Notes under the pieces: generated by a model | Database searches by the model: none | What the model was told of the DNA's origin: nothing | Seen by the model: only the letters and a program-made list of their open reading frames with translations | Assembly (NCBI GenBank): GCA_963833225.1 | Contig: CAWHXD010000019.1 | Location: 288,001 to 352,000 of the forward strand | Reading direction: 5' to 3' | Source: an uncultured Chloroflexia bacterium | GTDB taxonomy: Bacteria; Chloroflexota; Limnocylindria; Limnocylindrales; CSP1-4 | DNA: 64,000 nt | Program-made: the position numbers and the translations under genes | Shown: one piece after another, positions 39,555 through 48,714 of the stretch | Layout: every line of letters starts with the position of its first letter | Numbering within the stretch: position 1 is the first letter of the stretch

Positions 39555-41030
39555 TCATGAACTGGGGGCCGGACGAGGGACGGCGGCCCGCTCGAGGATG
39601 GACGCGATGGCCTGCTCCGCCGCCTCGGGGAGCGGCGGAGCCTGGTGCGATGCGAGGATCTTGTCCACCCGGGCGGCGGCACGCTCCCCGAGGGTCAAGC
39701 CGCCGCGAGCGAGCCATTGGGGCCGGCTCGTCCGGTCGATGAGCGATGGATACCAGTGCTCGCGGTAGTGGTCGAGGGTGTGTTGCGCCTCCAGAAACGA
39801 CCCGTTGGGTCCGAGCGTGTCCACCAGGTCCAGCGCGAGCGCCTCATCGTCGAGGGCCACGGGCGCGATCGACGCCCCGATCCAGGCGGCGATCTCGTCG
39901 CAGATCGCGAGCTGGGCGAGCGAGCCGCACAGCCCCGACTCCAGGTATCCGCTGTCGTGGACCAGGTGCCCGCCGGCGAGCGCGTGCCAGAGCATCGTGA
40001 GCGACGCGTCGGCCGCCGCCTGTCCGTCCACGGCCTTGCTGTCCGAGCCGCCTGCGAGCGAGAACATCGGCAGGTCGTAATGGTGGGCGAGCGACGGGAC
40101 CACGCCCATGTGGTCGGGCTCGGCGTACGGGTCCACCATCGTGCGCAGGTCGAGGAACTCGCCGCCCATGCCGGGGATGACCACTGGGGTCCCCTCCCGC
40201 ACGAGGTTCGCGAGCACCAGCCCGACCAGGACCCCGGCGTTGTTGACGGCCACGTTGCCGGCGAGGGTCACCGGGCCTGTCGTCCCGCCCGACGTGACCG
40301 GGATCCACAGGGCCGGCAGGCCGCGCTCCGCGAGCAGGATCAGCTTGCGGATCGAGTCGCCGTTGTGGACGAGACCGCTGGTGACATTGATGTAGAACGC
40401 GACCAGCGGTCGCTCGCGCAGGGCATCGGGCCCGCCGACCACCGCCTCGGCCATCGCGACCGCGTCGGCCATGGCGTCGACGTCGTAGGTCACCACCACG
40501 AGGGGCTTGGTGGTGTGCCGGAGCATGACCGCCATCTGCTCCCGGTCCGCCATGGCTGCCGGGACGTCCGAGGGCAGGAACATCGACATCCCGAATGCCA
40601 TGTTCGGCAGCGCGTCGATGACCGTCAAGCCGTCACGGGTGTCCCCGACGACGGCCGCTCGCCGCTCGCCGGTCCGGTGGTCGATGATCGAGAGGCAGTC
40701 CGACCCGGGCCCGAAGTAGACGTTGTCGCCCTCGAGGAACAGGCGTGGCTCGCCGGCCCGATCGTGGAGGACGACCGATCGGTTCGCGACGCCCAGCGCC
40801 CACTCCACCAGCGATCCCGGCACATGGACCCGGCCATCGTCGGTCACCCTGGCGCCGGCGCCGTGCAGGCGCTCGACCGCTTGCGCGTCGTGCAGGAGGA
40901 CGCCGGTTCGCTCGAGAATGGCGAGGCTGGCCTCGTGCAGCCGCCCGCAGGCTTCGGGTGTCAGGCGGTCGTAGCGCGGCGAACGCGCCATGCGCCGCTC
41001 GGGCGGCAGCTTGGGGGCAAGGGATTCCAC
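39555..41030 (-). CDS. MttB superfamily methyltransferase, non-pyrrolysine
   Basis: LHEASLAILERTGV, GPVTLAG, DSKAVDGQAAADAS, HDSGYLESGL, LALDLVD.LGP.GSFL..HT; GAGGTG RBS. Confidence 0.92.
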   Translation of the reverse strand: MESLAPKLPPERRMARSPRYDRLTPEACGRLHEASLAILERTGVLLHDAQAVERLHGAGARVTDDGRVHVPGSLVEWALGVANRSVVLHDRAGEPRLFLEGDNVYFGPGSDCLSIIDHRTGERRAAVVGDTRDGLTVIDALPNMAFGMSMFLPSDVPAAMADREQMAVMLRHTTKPLVVVTYDVDAMADAVAMAEAVVGGPDALRERPLVAFYINVTSGLVHNGDSIRKLILLAERGLPALWIPVTSGGTTGPVTLAGNVAVNNAGVLVGLVLANLVREGTPVVIPGMGGEFLDLRTMVDPYAEPDHMGVVPSLAHHYDLPMFSLAGGSDSKAVDGQAAADASLTMLWHALAGGHLVHDSGYLESGLCGSLAQLAICDEIAAWIGASIAPVALDDEALALDLVDTLGPNGSFLEAQHTLDHYREHWYPSLIDRTSRPQWLARGGLTLGERAAARVDKILASHQAPPLPEAAEQAIASILERAAVPRPAPSS

Positions 41031-41164
41031 GGACACCTCACACGATGGAGACGGCCTGATGAGCGTCCGGCCCGCAGGTCAGGGAGCGACAGGGCGGAAG
41101 GTCCCGAGGAAAGGTGTCCGAGCGACCGTCCGGGGACTTGCGCGTGCCCGCGAGACTTGACGGG

Positions 41165-42785
41165 ATGCCCCACGTGATCCATGGGAGTGAGCGACGCCCG
41201 CTCGTTCCCGGACGCCTGCTGTACGACGAGGCCGACCAGCTTTCGGTTGTCGTCCCGGCCTCGTGCCAGCGCACGGGGCGCTGCCACGAGTGCGTGGTGG
41301 AGATCCGCACGGGGATGGACCAGCTCTCGGCGCGCACCGCCGAGGAGTCGTTCCTGGGGCCCGCGTTCCGGCTCGCCTGCCAGGCCACGATCGAGCGGGC
41401 CGATCGCGACGTCGAGTTTGCGATCCTCCGCCGCCGGTTGCGGATCCTGCTGGCGCCCGAGTCACCCGGCGAGACCCCCGACCTCGACCCGGCCGTCACG
41501 ATCATCGAGGGGCGCTATCGCGGACATGATGGCGCCGACCTGGGTGTGGCGCGCGGGCGGCCGATCGGTCTCGCGATCGACATCGGGACGACGACCGTGG
41601 TCCTCGAGCTGGTGAGCCTCGAGACCGGTGGCGTGCTCGCGGTCGCCGCGCTCGAGAACCCCCAGCGGTTCGGCGGCTCGGACGTGATGACCCGCATCTC
41701 GTACGACGGCGAGGTGCCCGGCGAGCTGCGCCAGGCGCTCCGGCGCGCGCTCAACCACGAGCTCAAGCGCCTGTGCGCCGACCTCGGCCTCGACCGTCGC
41801 CAGCTGGTGGACGCCTACGTCGTGGGCAACCCCACGATGCGCGACCTGTTCTTCGGGCTTGACGTCAAGCCGATCGGCCACATCCCGTTCCGCTCCGTGA
41901 CCGAGACGGCGCTCCGGGATGGCGAGGCCGAGAGCACGACGGTCGTGCGCAAGGCCCACGAGATCGGCCTGCTGATGAACCCCCAGGCGCGAGTCACCGG
42001 GGGCCCGCTCATCGCCAGCCACGTCGGGGCTGACGCCGCGGCGGACCTGGTCGCCGTGGAGGCGGTGGCCCGTGGCGGCTCGTTCCTGCTGGTCGACATC
42101 GGGACCAACAGCGAGATCATCGTCTCTGACGGCGAGCGGCTGGTCGCCGCGTCCAGCCCGGCCGGCCCCGCGTTCGAGGGCGGCGGGGTCCGTTACGGCA
42201 TGCCCGGTGCGGACGGCGCCATCGAGAAGATCAGCCTCGCGGGTGACCGGTTCCGGATCCGGACCATCGGGGACGCGCCGCCGGAGGGCATCTGCGGCTC
42301 GGGGCTGGTGGACCTCCTCTCGGAGCTCCGCCGGGCGGAGTGGATGACGACCCGGGGCACGTTCGCGGACAAGGTCCCGGAGCTCGTGATTGAGCCGACC
42401 CATCCCATCACCTTCTCGCGCGCGGATGTCGGCCACCTCTCGATCGCCAAGGCGGCGACGGCCGTCGGTCAGCGGGTGCTGCTCCGGCGTCTCGGCCTGC
42501 GCCCGGCGGACCTCGATCACGTGTACCTCGCCGGCGGCTTCGCGAACGCGATCGACACCGCGTCCGCGTTCGCCATCGGGTTGCTGGTCCCCGTCCCCGA
42601 GGAGCGCGTCACCCGGGCCGGCAACGCGTCCATCGGCGGCGCGCGGGCTGCTCCTCCTGTCTCTCGAGCGGCGCGCCGAGCTCAACGATCTCGTCCGGCG
42701 CATCGAGCACGTTGAGCTCGAGTCTGAGCCAGACTTCTTCGACCTGTTCACCGATGGCTGTCTGTTCGAGCCGATCCCCGCATAG
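41165..42785 (+). CDS. Reductive activator of corrinoid proteins (RACo/RamA-like; 2Fe-2S + ASKHA/DUF4445); +1 frameshift near 42646
   Basis: CQRTGRCHEC..RLACQA, AIDIGTTT, NPQRFGGSDVMTRI, VDIGTNSE, AGPAFEG, GICGSG, LAGGFAN; C-terminus HVELESEPDFFDLF lies in the shifted frame. Confidence 0.9.
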
Positions 42786-42797
42786 AGGTCTTCGCCC

Positions 42798-44522
42798 ATG
42801 AGTCCCAGTGCCCGCCGCGCCAACACCCCGCCCGATGACCTGACCGGCCCCGGCGCCCTCAAGCGGGTGCTCTCCTCGAGCGACGGCTTCGCCACGATCG
42901 TGGAGCTGGTGCCCTGGGCGGGGCAGCTCGCGGACGCCCGGGGGACGAAGCCGCTCAAGATGGCAGCCGACCTGGCGGGCAACACGCGGATCACGGCGCT
43001 GTCCATCACCGATAACGCCGGCGGTCACGCCAAGCTGTCGCCCGACGCGCTCGGCGAGCGGGCGCGGGCCCAGGGCCACGACGCGATCGTCCACATCGCC
43101 TGCCGTGACCGGAACCGGAGCGCGATGCAGAGCCTGGGCTGGCAGCTGCTCTCGCGTGGCCTGACCACCGTCCTCGCGCTCACCGGCGACTACCCGGTGG
43201 ACGGCTACGAGGGCCTGCCGCGACCGGTGTTCGACATCGACTCCGTCTCGCTGATCGACCTGCTGCGCCACCTGTCCGCGGACGCGGTGGCAAAGGCCGA
43301 GGCGGACGGTGACGAGGATCCGGGCCGATTCGAGTTCTTCACGGGCTGCGCGATCGACCCCTTCAAGCGCCTCGAGCGCGATCTCGTGCCGCAGTTCCTC
43401 AAGCTCGCGCTCAAGCAGCGGGCGGGGGCGGACTACGCGATCACGCAGGTGGGCTACGACGCCCATCGCTCCGACGTCCTGCTGCGCTGGATGCGGCGCG
43501 AGGGGATGGACATGCCCGTCGTGGGCAACGCCTACATCCTGTCCGCCGGGGTTGCCCGGGCGTTCAACGCCGGCAAGGTGCCGGGCTGCGTGGTCACCGA
43601 CGACCTGCTCGCGGTCGCCGAGAAGGCCGCCACCGGTGCCGACAAGGGCCGCGCGTTCTTCCTCGAGCTTGCCGCCAAGCAGCTGGTGGTCGCCCGCGGA
43701 ATCGGCATGCGGGGCATCTACATCTCCGGACACCGTGACGCAGGCGAGATCGCGAAGGTCCTCGACCTGGCCGACGCCCACCCGGCCGATGACTGGCGGT
43801 CGCTGGTCAAGGACGTGTCGTTTGGCCTGCCCGGCGCCTTCGAGCCATTCGAGAGCGATGGCGCGGGCCTGTCCACGGACGAGTACAGCCGCGCCTACGC
43901 CGCGTCGCTCACGCCTGCGGCCCGCGCCCGCGCCCGCGCGACCGTGCCCCCGGTCTACAAGCTCAACCGGCTGCTCCACGAGCGAGCGTTCGAGCCCGGC
44001 TCACCCGGGTTCGCCCTGTGGGGCAAGGTCTACCGGAAGGTCGAGGCGTTCCACCTCGACAAGCCCGTCCATGTCCTCGAGCAGGCGGTCAAGGTCCCGA
44101 TGTTCGACTGCCGGGACTGCGGCGACTGCTCGTTGCCTGACATCGCGTACCTGTGCCCCGAGAGCCACTGCCAGAAGAACCAGCGCAACGGCCCGTGCGG
44201 CGGCGCCCACGATGGCCAGTGCGAGGTGCCGGGACACACGTGCGTCTGGGCCGACGCCTACAAGCGCCTCAAGCCCTACGGCGAGGAGCGCACGATGCTC
44301 GAGCGACCGATCGTGGTCCAGGACAACACCCTGCATCGGACCAGCGCTTGGGGCAACACCTTCCTGGGGCGTGACCACTTCGCGAGGCGTGTCGGGGCTC
44401 CGCAGACCCCGCCCTTGCAGGCGCCTGCCGCTCCGGCGACACCCGCGACCAGTCCCGCCACCCCCACCACGCCCGCCACGCCTGCCACTCCGACCGTGCC
44501 CGAGAAAGGACCCCGCTCGTGA
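42798..44522 (+). CDS. metF: Methylenetetrahydrofolate reductase with fused C-terminal MetV-like Cys-rich domain
   Basis: ITDNAGG, HIACRDRNR, LALTGD, AGADYAITQVGYD; C-terminal CRDCGDC..CPESHCQKNQRNGPCGG...CEV...CVW. Confidence 0.88.
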   Translation: MSPSARRANTPPDDLTGPGALKRVLSSSDGFATIVELVPWAGQLADARGTKPLKMAADLAGNTRITALSITDNAGGHAKLSPDALGERARAQGHDAIVHIACRDRNRSAMQSLGWQLLSRGLTTVLALTGDYPVDGYEGLPRPVFDIDSVSLIDLLRHLSADAVAKAEADGDEDPGRFEFFTGCAIDPFKRLERDLVPQFLKLALKQRAGADYAITQVGYDAHRSDVLLRWMRREGMDMPVVGNAYILSAGVARAFNAGKVPGCVVTDDLLAVAEKAATGADKGRAFFLELAAKQLVVARGIGMRGIYISGHRDAGEIAKVLDLADAHPADDWRSLVKDVSFGLPGAFEPFESDGAGLSTDEYSRAYAASLTPAARARARATVPPVYKLNRLLHERAFEPGSPGFALWGKVYRKVEAFHLDKPVHVLEQAVKVPMFDCRDCGDCSLPDIAYLCPESHCQKNQRNGPCGGAHDGQCEVPGHTCVWADAYKRLKPYGEERTMLERPIVVQDNTLHRTSAWGNTFLGRDHFARRVGAPQTPPLQAPAAPATPATSPATPTTPATPATPTVPEKGPRS

Positions 44523-45559
44523 AGCTCGACCGCACCGGCAACCCGTTCCAGATCGTCGGCGAGAACATCCACGCCACCCGGGTTCTGAAGCGGGCCGGCA
44601 AGCATGCGGCCGAGCTCGAGGACGGTTCGGTCGGGATCGCCTTCGAGACGCCCGATGGCGAGCGACTCGTGCTGCCGGTTCACCCGGACCTCGCGGCGGC
44701 CCGTGACTTCGCGAACGGCAAGATCAAGCATGTGCAGAGCGCCGTCAGGCACGGGCTCGATGCCGGGGCGTGGGCGGACGTGGCCGCGGCGTATGTCCGG
44801 ACGCTCGCCCATCGCCAGGAGGTCACCGGCGCCGACTGGCTGGACCTCAACGTCGACGAGGTGTCCGCCGACTCCGCGTTCCGTGCCGAGGCCATTGCCT
44901 GGCTGGTGGAGACCGTCGAGCAGACCGCCACCGTCCCCGTGTCGATCGACTCCTCCGATGTCGCCGTGCTCGCCGCCGGGGTCGCCGCTTCCACCCAGCC
45001 GCGTGGCCGGCTGATGCTCAACTCGGCCTCCATCGAGCGGCCCGAGGTGCTCGACATCGCCGCCGAGACCGCCTGCGCCGTGATTCTTGCGGCCAGCAGC
45101 CTCGGTGGCATGCCGGCCAACGCGGAGGAGCGCGTCGCGAACGCCGTCGGGCTGGTCGAGCTGGCTCTGGCGAAGGCGATTCCCGGCGAGCTCCTCTACG
45201 TCGACCCGCTCGTGCTGCCGGTGGCGGTCGCACCCGAGGCTCCGGTCTACGTGATCGAGTCCGCGAGGGCCCTGCGGGCCGAGTACGGGGACACGATCCA
45301 CATGACGGGTGGGCTGTCCAACGTGTCGTTCGGGATGCCGGCCCGAAAGCTCCTCAACGACACGTTCATCGACCTGTGCGCCGAGGCCGGCATCGACAGC
45401 GGGATCATCGACCCGGTGGCGAGCGACCTGCCCCGCGTGTTCGCCGCGGATCGCGAGAGCGAGCCCTACAGGCTGGCGGCGAACATGCTGCTCGGGCACG
45501 ACCCGTTTGGCGGCGAGTACGTCGCCGCGTTCCGGGATGGGCGGCTCGGAGGGGAGTAG
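44519..45559 (+). CDS. Pterin-binding methyltransferase (methylcorrinoid:THF methyltransferase, AcsE/MtgA-like)
   Basis: IVGENIH, GADWLDLNV, PVSIDSSD, MLNS, YVDPLVLP, GGLSNVSFGMPARKLLN; GTGA overlap with metF. Confidence 0.88.
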   Translation: MKLDRTGNPFQIVGENIHATRVLKRAGKHAAELEDGSVGIAFETPDGERLVLPVHPDLAAARDFANGKIKHVQSAVRHGLDAGAWADVAAAYVRTLAHRQEVTGADWLDLNVDEVSADSAFRAEAIAWLVETVEQTATVPVSIDSSDVAVLAAGVAASTQPRGRLMLNSASIERPEVLDIAAETACAVILAASSLGGMPANAEERVANAVGLVELALAKAIPGELLYVDPLVLPVAVAPEAPVYVIESARALRAEYGDTIHMTGGLSNVSFGMPARKLLNDTFIDLCAEAGIDSGIIDPVASDLPRVFAADRESEPYRLAANMLLGHDPFGGEYVAAFRDGRLGGE

Positions 45560-45684
45560 GAGCGTCGGGGGTGGCGGGGGACCGCGACAGCGGGTCGGTG
45601 GCGCGCCTCCGGGCCCCGCCCCCGTGTGACCGCGGTCGCCATCGCCGGGGCACGCAGCGGTTGCTGCCGGGACGCCGCGCCCCC

Positions 45685-45814
45685 GTGCAGCCGGCCCCGC
45701 CCCCGTCAGCCGGCCCCGCCCCGTGCAGCCGGCCCCGCCCCGTCGCAGCCGGCCCCGCCCCCGTCAGCCGGCCCCGCCCCGTGCAGCCGGCGCCGCCCCG
45801 TGCAGCCGGCCCCC
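45685..45814. repeat. Seven-copy 19-20 bp GC-rich tandem repeat
   Basis: Unit GT(G)CAGCCGGCCCCGCCCC repeated head-to-tail with no spacers. Confidence 0.85.
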
Positions 45815-45854
45815 GGCAGGAGCCCTGGCCCGCGCGGCCTGTCCCGCCAGGCGC

Positions 45855-45999
45855 CATTGCGCCGGATATCAGCCCCCGGTGATCCAGCAACGGGTGCCGG
45901 TCCCCCGCCGGGCCTAACATCAGCCCTGACCGGCATCCGGGGCCGAATCGCATGGTCTGATCGTTGCTGTACCGGTCCTGGGTGATATCCGGTGCAGTG
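45855..45999 (+). other. Long multi-stem hairpin; candidate structured ncRNA or non-autonomous palindromic element
   Basis: CATTGCGCCGGATATCA/TGATATCCGGTGCAGTG outer stem, CCGGTG/TACCGG, CAGCAACG/CGTTGCTG and inner CGGGTGCCGGTC/GACCGGCATCCG; substitutions within the stems are G-U on the + strand. Confidence 0.6.
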
Positions 46000-46162
46000 A
46001 CCCGCCCGGTGCCCTCGGGCCAGCGCGAGATCGCCGACTCGGAAGCTGGGGCGGCGGCAGGCGGCGAGGTCGTGGCCAAGGAACGGCCGTGAGGCCGTGG
46101 CCAGGGACTGGCCACGAGGGACTGGGCGGCCGCCTGGCCCGGTGCCCTCAAGCCAGCGCCCG

Positions 46163-46906
46163 TCAGCCCGCCGGGACCGCCTTCACGACGCCGTCGTCCC
46201 AGCTCATCACGAGCTGCTCCCCCGGCTGGAGGACGAGCATGTCCTCGCCCCAGTCGCCGTCGATCAGCTGTCGGAGCAGCACGAGGCTGCCCTCGACATG
46301 CTCGAACGCCCAGCCACGCCGCTCGGCCTCGTCGCGCGCGTCGGTCTCGGCGGCCGTCTCGTCGGCGACGCCCATGGACACGAATGCGGCCCGCCCGTAG
46401 TGGGACCGCCAGCCGCCCAGGATCTCCATCAGGTAGTCGGCGTTGTCCTCGCCGTACTTGGCCACGTACTCGGCCCGGGTCTCCTCGATCTGGGCGTCCG
46501 TGTCGGATCCGATCGCCAGCCCGCCCACGCTGGCCCGGTATCCGTCGTTGCGCTCCAGCTGATCCGCGACGTACCAGTAGGTCGCGACCTTCGCGTGCTC
46601 CTCGGCATAGCGCTCGCGCGCCCCCAGGAACAGCGTGATGCAGTCGTGCGCCCGCGGCACGACGACAGGCTTGTCCCGGGCCACGATCCCCGCCGTGGCG
46701 CCACCGCACAGCCCGTAGCCCAGCACGATCGCGTCCGCGTTGGCGGGGGCATCGTCGATCGCCTCCTGGAGCCGTTCCCGCAGCGTCTTCGGCTCGTCGT
46801 GCAGGCCGCGTTCGAACATGCGCAGGTCGACGACATGCGGGGAGCGGGCGGCGCACAGGTAGACCGGGCGCGCGAGGACGTCGCACGCGATGGCGTACAG
46901 GCGCAT
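46163..46906 (-). CDS. DUF1638-like protein (associated with corrinoid methyltransferase clusters)
   Basis: IACDVL, GLHDEPKTL..LQEAID, IVLGYGLCG, PRAHDCITLFLG, KYGEDNADYL, GSL.LL..L.DG.W. Confidence 0.8.
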   Translation of the reverse strand: MRLYAIACDVLARPVYLCAARSPHVVDLRMFERGLHDEPKTLRERLQEAIDDAPANADAIVLGYGLCGGATAGIVARDKPVVVPRAHDCITLFLGARERYAEEHAKVATYWYVADQLERNDGYRASVGGLAIGSDTDAQIEETRAEYVAKYGEDNADYLMEILGGWRSHYGRAAFVSMGVADETAAETDARDEAERRGWAFEHVEGSLVLLRQLIDGDWGEDMLVLQPGEQLVMSWDDGVVKAVPAG

Positions 46907-46953
46907 CAGGCGGTTCCGCGGCGGGTCATGGCCGCGATCCTACCGCCGGAGGG

Positions 46954-48117
46954 CTACCCACGGAGCGGGTAGTGCCCGAATGCCTCCACGGCGTCGACCA
47001 TCGCCAGCACGTTCTCGGCCGGCACGTCGTTCATGACCGTGTGGACCGCGCCCAGCATGTAGCCGCCGCCCTCGCCCAGGGTGCCGATCACCCGCCGCAC
47101 CTCGGCCCGGACCTCGTCCGGCGTCCCGTTGGGCAGCACATGGTGGGTGTCCATTCCGCCGCAGAACACGAGGTTGTCGCCGAACCGCTTCTTGAGCCCG
47201 GCGAAGTCGCTCATGCCACCGGCCGACGCCTGGACCGGGTTCAGCACGTCGACGCCGATCTCGATGAAGTCGCCCAGCAGGTCGAAGACGTCGCCATCGG
47301 TGTGGAACACGATCGGCGCCGCGGTGCGCTGCCGGATGAACGCGATGAGGTCGGCGTGGATCGGCTTGAGCATCCGCCGGTACATGGCCGGGGACATCAG
47401 CAGCCCCACCTGCGACCCGAGATCGTCGCCGATCTTGACCATGTCGATCAGGTCGCCGCACTCGCGCAGGAACCCGTCCATGAGGGTCTTGCACAGCGAT
47501 TGCGTCTTCCACAGCAGCGCCTGGGCGAACTCGGGCTCGCCGGCGAGGTTGGCGAGGAAGGTCTCGGTCCCCTGCAGCGAGGTGGCCCGCTCGAGCGGGA
47601 AGGCGAGCCATGGGCAGCCGACGGAGGCGAACTCGCCCTCGTCGCGGATCCGCTGCGCCTCGGCGCGGACACCCTCGAACCGGGTCGGGTCCGTCATGTC
47701 GGGCCAGGGATACGCCTCGATGTCCTTGAGCTCGTACGCCTCGGCGAGGGGATGGATGCCCGGGAACCAGTCCTCGGGACCGGCGTAGATGTGGCCACCG
47801 CCCCAGTCGTCGATCATCGGGCTCAGGGGCTCGCGACTGGCGTTCCGCGCGCGGACGTTGGCCGGGAAGTGGTCAAGGACACCGCGGACGTCGGCGTGGA
47901 GCCGCCGGTACGTGGCCTCGTCGGGCTTGGCCGTCCCGAGCTCCGGCCACTCGTAGATGTACTCGTCCGGCGCGTCCACCCCGATCAGGGCCTTGATCCG
48001 CCGGTAGGTGCCCATCTTGATCCCGGTCGCGTTGGTGGGGCCGAGGAAGATCGGCACCCGGTCGGGCACGTCGTGGGCAAGCGTCGCCTGTACGCGCTCG
48101 CGGGGCGTCATGGGCAT
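46954..48117 (-). CDS. Uroporphyrinogen decarboxylase-family (URO-D/MtaA-CmuA-like) protein
   Basis: MTPRERV..TL.H..PDRVP, GDDLGSQ.GLLMSP, FHTDG, LNPVQ, CGGMDT..LP.GTPDEV, GGYML.AVH. Confidence 0.88.
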   Translation of the reverse strand: MPMTPRERVQATLAHDVPDRVPIFLGPTNATGIKMGTYRRIKALIGVDAPDEYIYEWPELGTAKPDEATYRRLHADVRGVLDHFPANVRARNASREPLSPMIDDWGGGHIYAGPEDWFPGIHPLAEAYELKDIEAYPWPDMTDPTRFEGVRAEAQRIRDEGEFASVGCPWLAFPLERATSLQGTETFLANLAGEPEFAQALLWKTQSLCKTLMDGFLRECGDLIDMVKIGDDLGSQVGLLMSPAMYRRMLKPIHADLIAFIRQRTAAPIVFHTDGDVFDLLGDFIEIGVDVLNPVQASAGGMSDFAGLKKRFGDNLVFCGGMDTHHVLPNGTPDEVRAEVRRVIGTLGEGGGYMLGAVHTVMNDVPAENVLAMVDAVEAFGHYPLRG

Positions 48118-48257
48118 CGGGGGCCTCCGGGGGTCGTCTCGGGATGGGGACGCACCACCCAGCCTACCCGACGCCAGGCTTGCCGGGCCGGTTGACGCCG
48201 CCGGTAGCGTGGATTGACAGGCGCCGACTCCGGGCGTCCATCGGGGAGGTTGAACGG

Positions 48258-48662
48258 ATGGCGGGTAGCGGCACGCGCGAGGATCCCTGGCAGCTGGTCA
48301 CCGCGAACGGAGGTTCCGCATACCAGATGTGGCGCGACGAGGCGGCCGATCCGCCGGCGCTCGTGTGCCAGGTCGGCAGCACCCAGCTCCGCTATCACCT
48401 CCGGGCGATCGAGGACCTGGCGGCGTGGCTGCGCGCGCAGGGCGACTGGATCCCCCTCGGCGGCGCCGACGAGCAGAAGCTTGCCGCGGAGGGCACGGTC
48501 GAGGCGTGGGGCCGCTCGGAGACCAACCCGGTCGGCGGCTGGTACGGGTTGCGCAAGGGGTACCGGGGCCGCTTCGGCGCCTACCTGCCGCCGCTGCTGG
48601 ACGCGCTGGGGCTCGCGGAGCTGGAACACAACCCGAGGAACAACCGGGTGCGCGCTCGCTGA
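48258..48662 (+). CDS. Conserved hypothetical protein (DUF6855-like)
   Basis: GSGT.EDPWQL, LG.ADEQK.A.EGTVEAWGRS..NPVGGWYGLRKGYRGRF, EHNPRNNR; GGAGGT RBS. Confidence 0.7.
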   Translation: MAGSGTREDPWQLVTANGGSAYQMWRDEAADPPALVCQVGSTQLRYHLRAIEDLAAWLRAQGDWIPLGGADEQKLAAEGTVEAWGRSETNPVGGWYGLRKGYRGRFGAYLPPLLDALGLAELEHNPRNNRVRAR

Positions 48663-48714
48663 CCGCCCTGCCCGTCCGGCGGCACTGTTCGCCCGCTCGG
48701 TGCATGCTTGGCCG

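Noticed and set aside
35790-41030. Pyrrolysine or amber recoding, suggested by the MttB genes plus in-frame TAGs in pheA and fae
   Set aside because: None of the three MttBs has TAG at the Pyl position, no pyl genes or tRNA-Pyl are in the window, and TAG is the ordinary stop of many intact genes here.
41050-41120. Hammerhead ribozyme or riboswitch in the mttB/RACo divergent region (CTGATGAG...GAAA)
   Set aside because: The required stems flanking the core do not pair, and no cobalamin or glycine riboswitch consensus is recognisable.
45685-45814. CRISPR array
   Set aside because: The units are contiguous 19-20-mers with no unique spacers, and there are no cas genes. The same applies to 56080-56232.
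46954-48117. Heme-biosynthetic hemE
   Set aside because: It lacks the N-terminal RQAGR motif of HemE, and the context is corrinoid methyl transfer.
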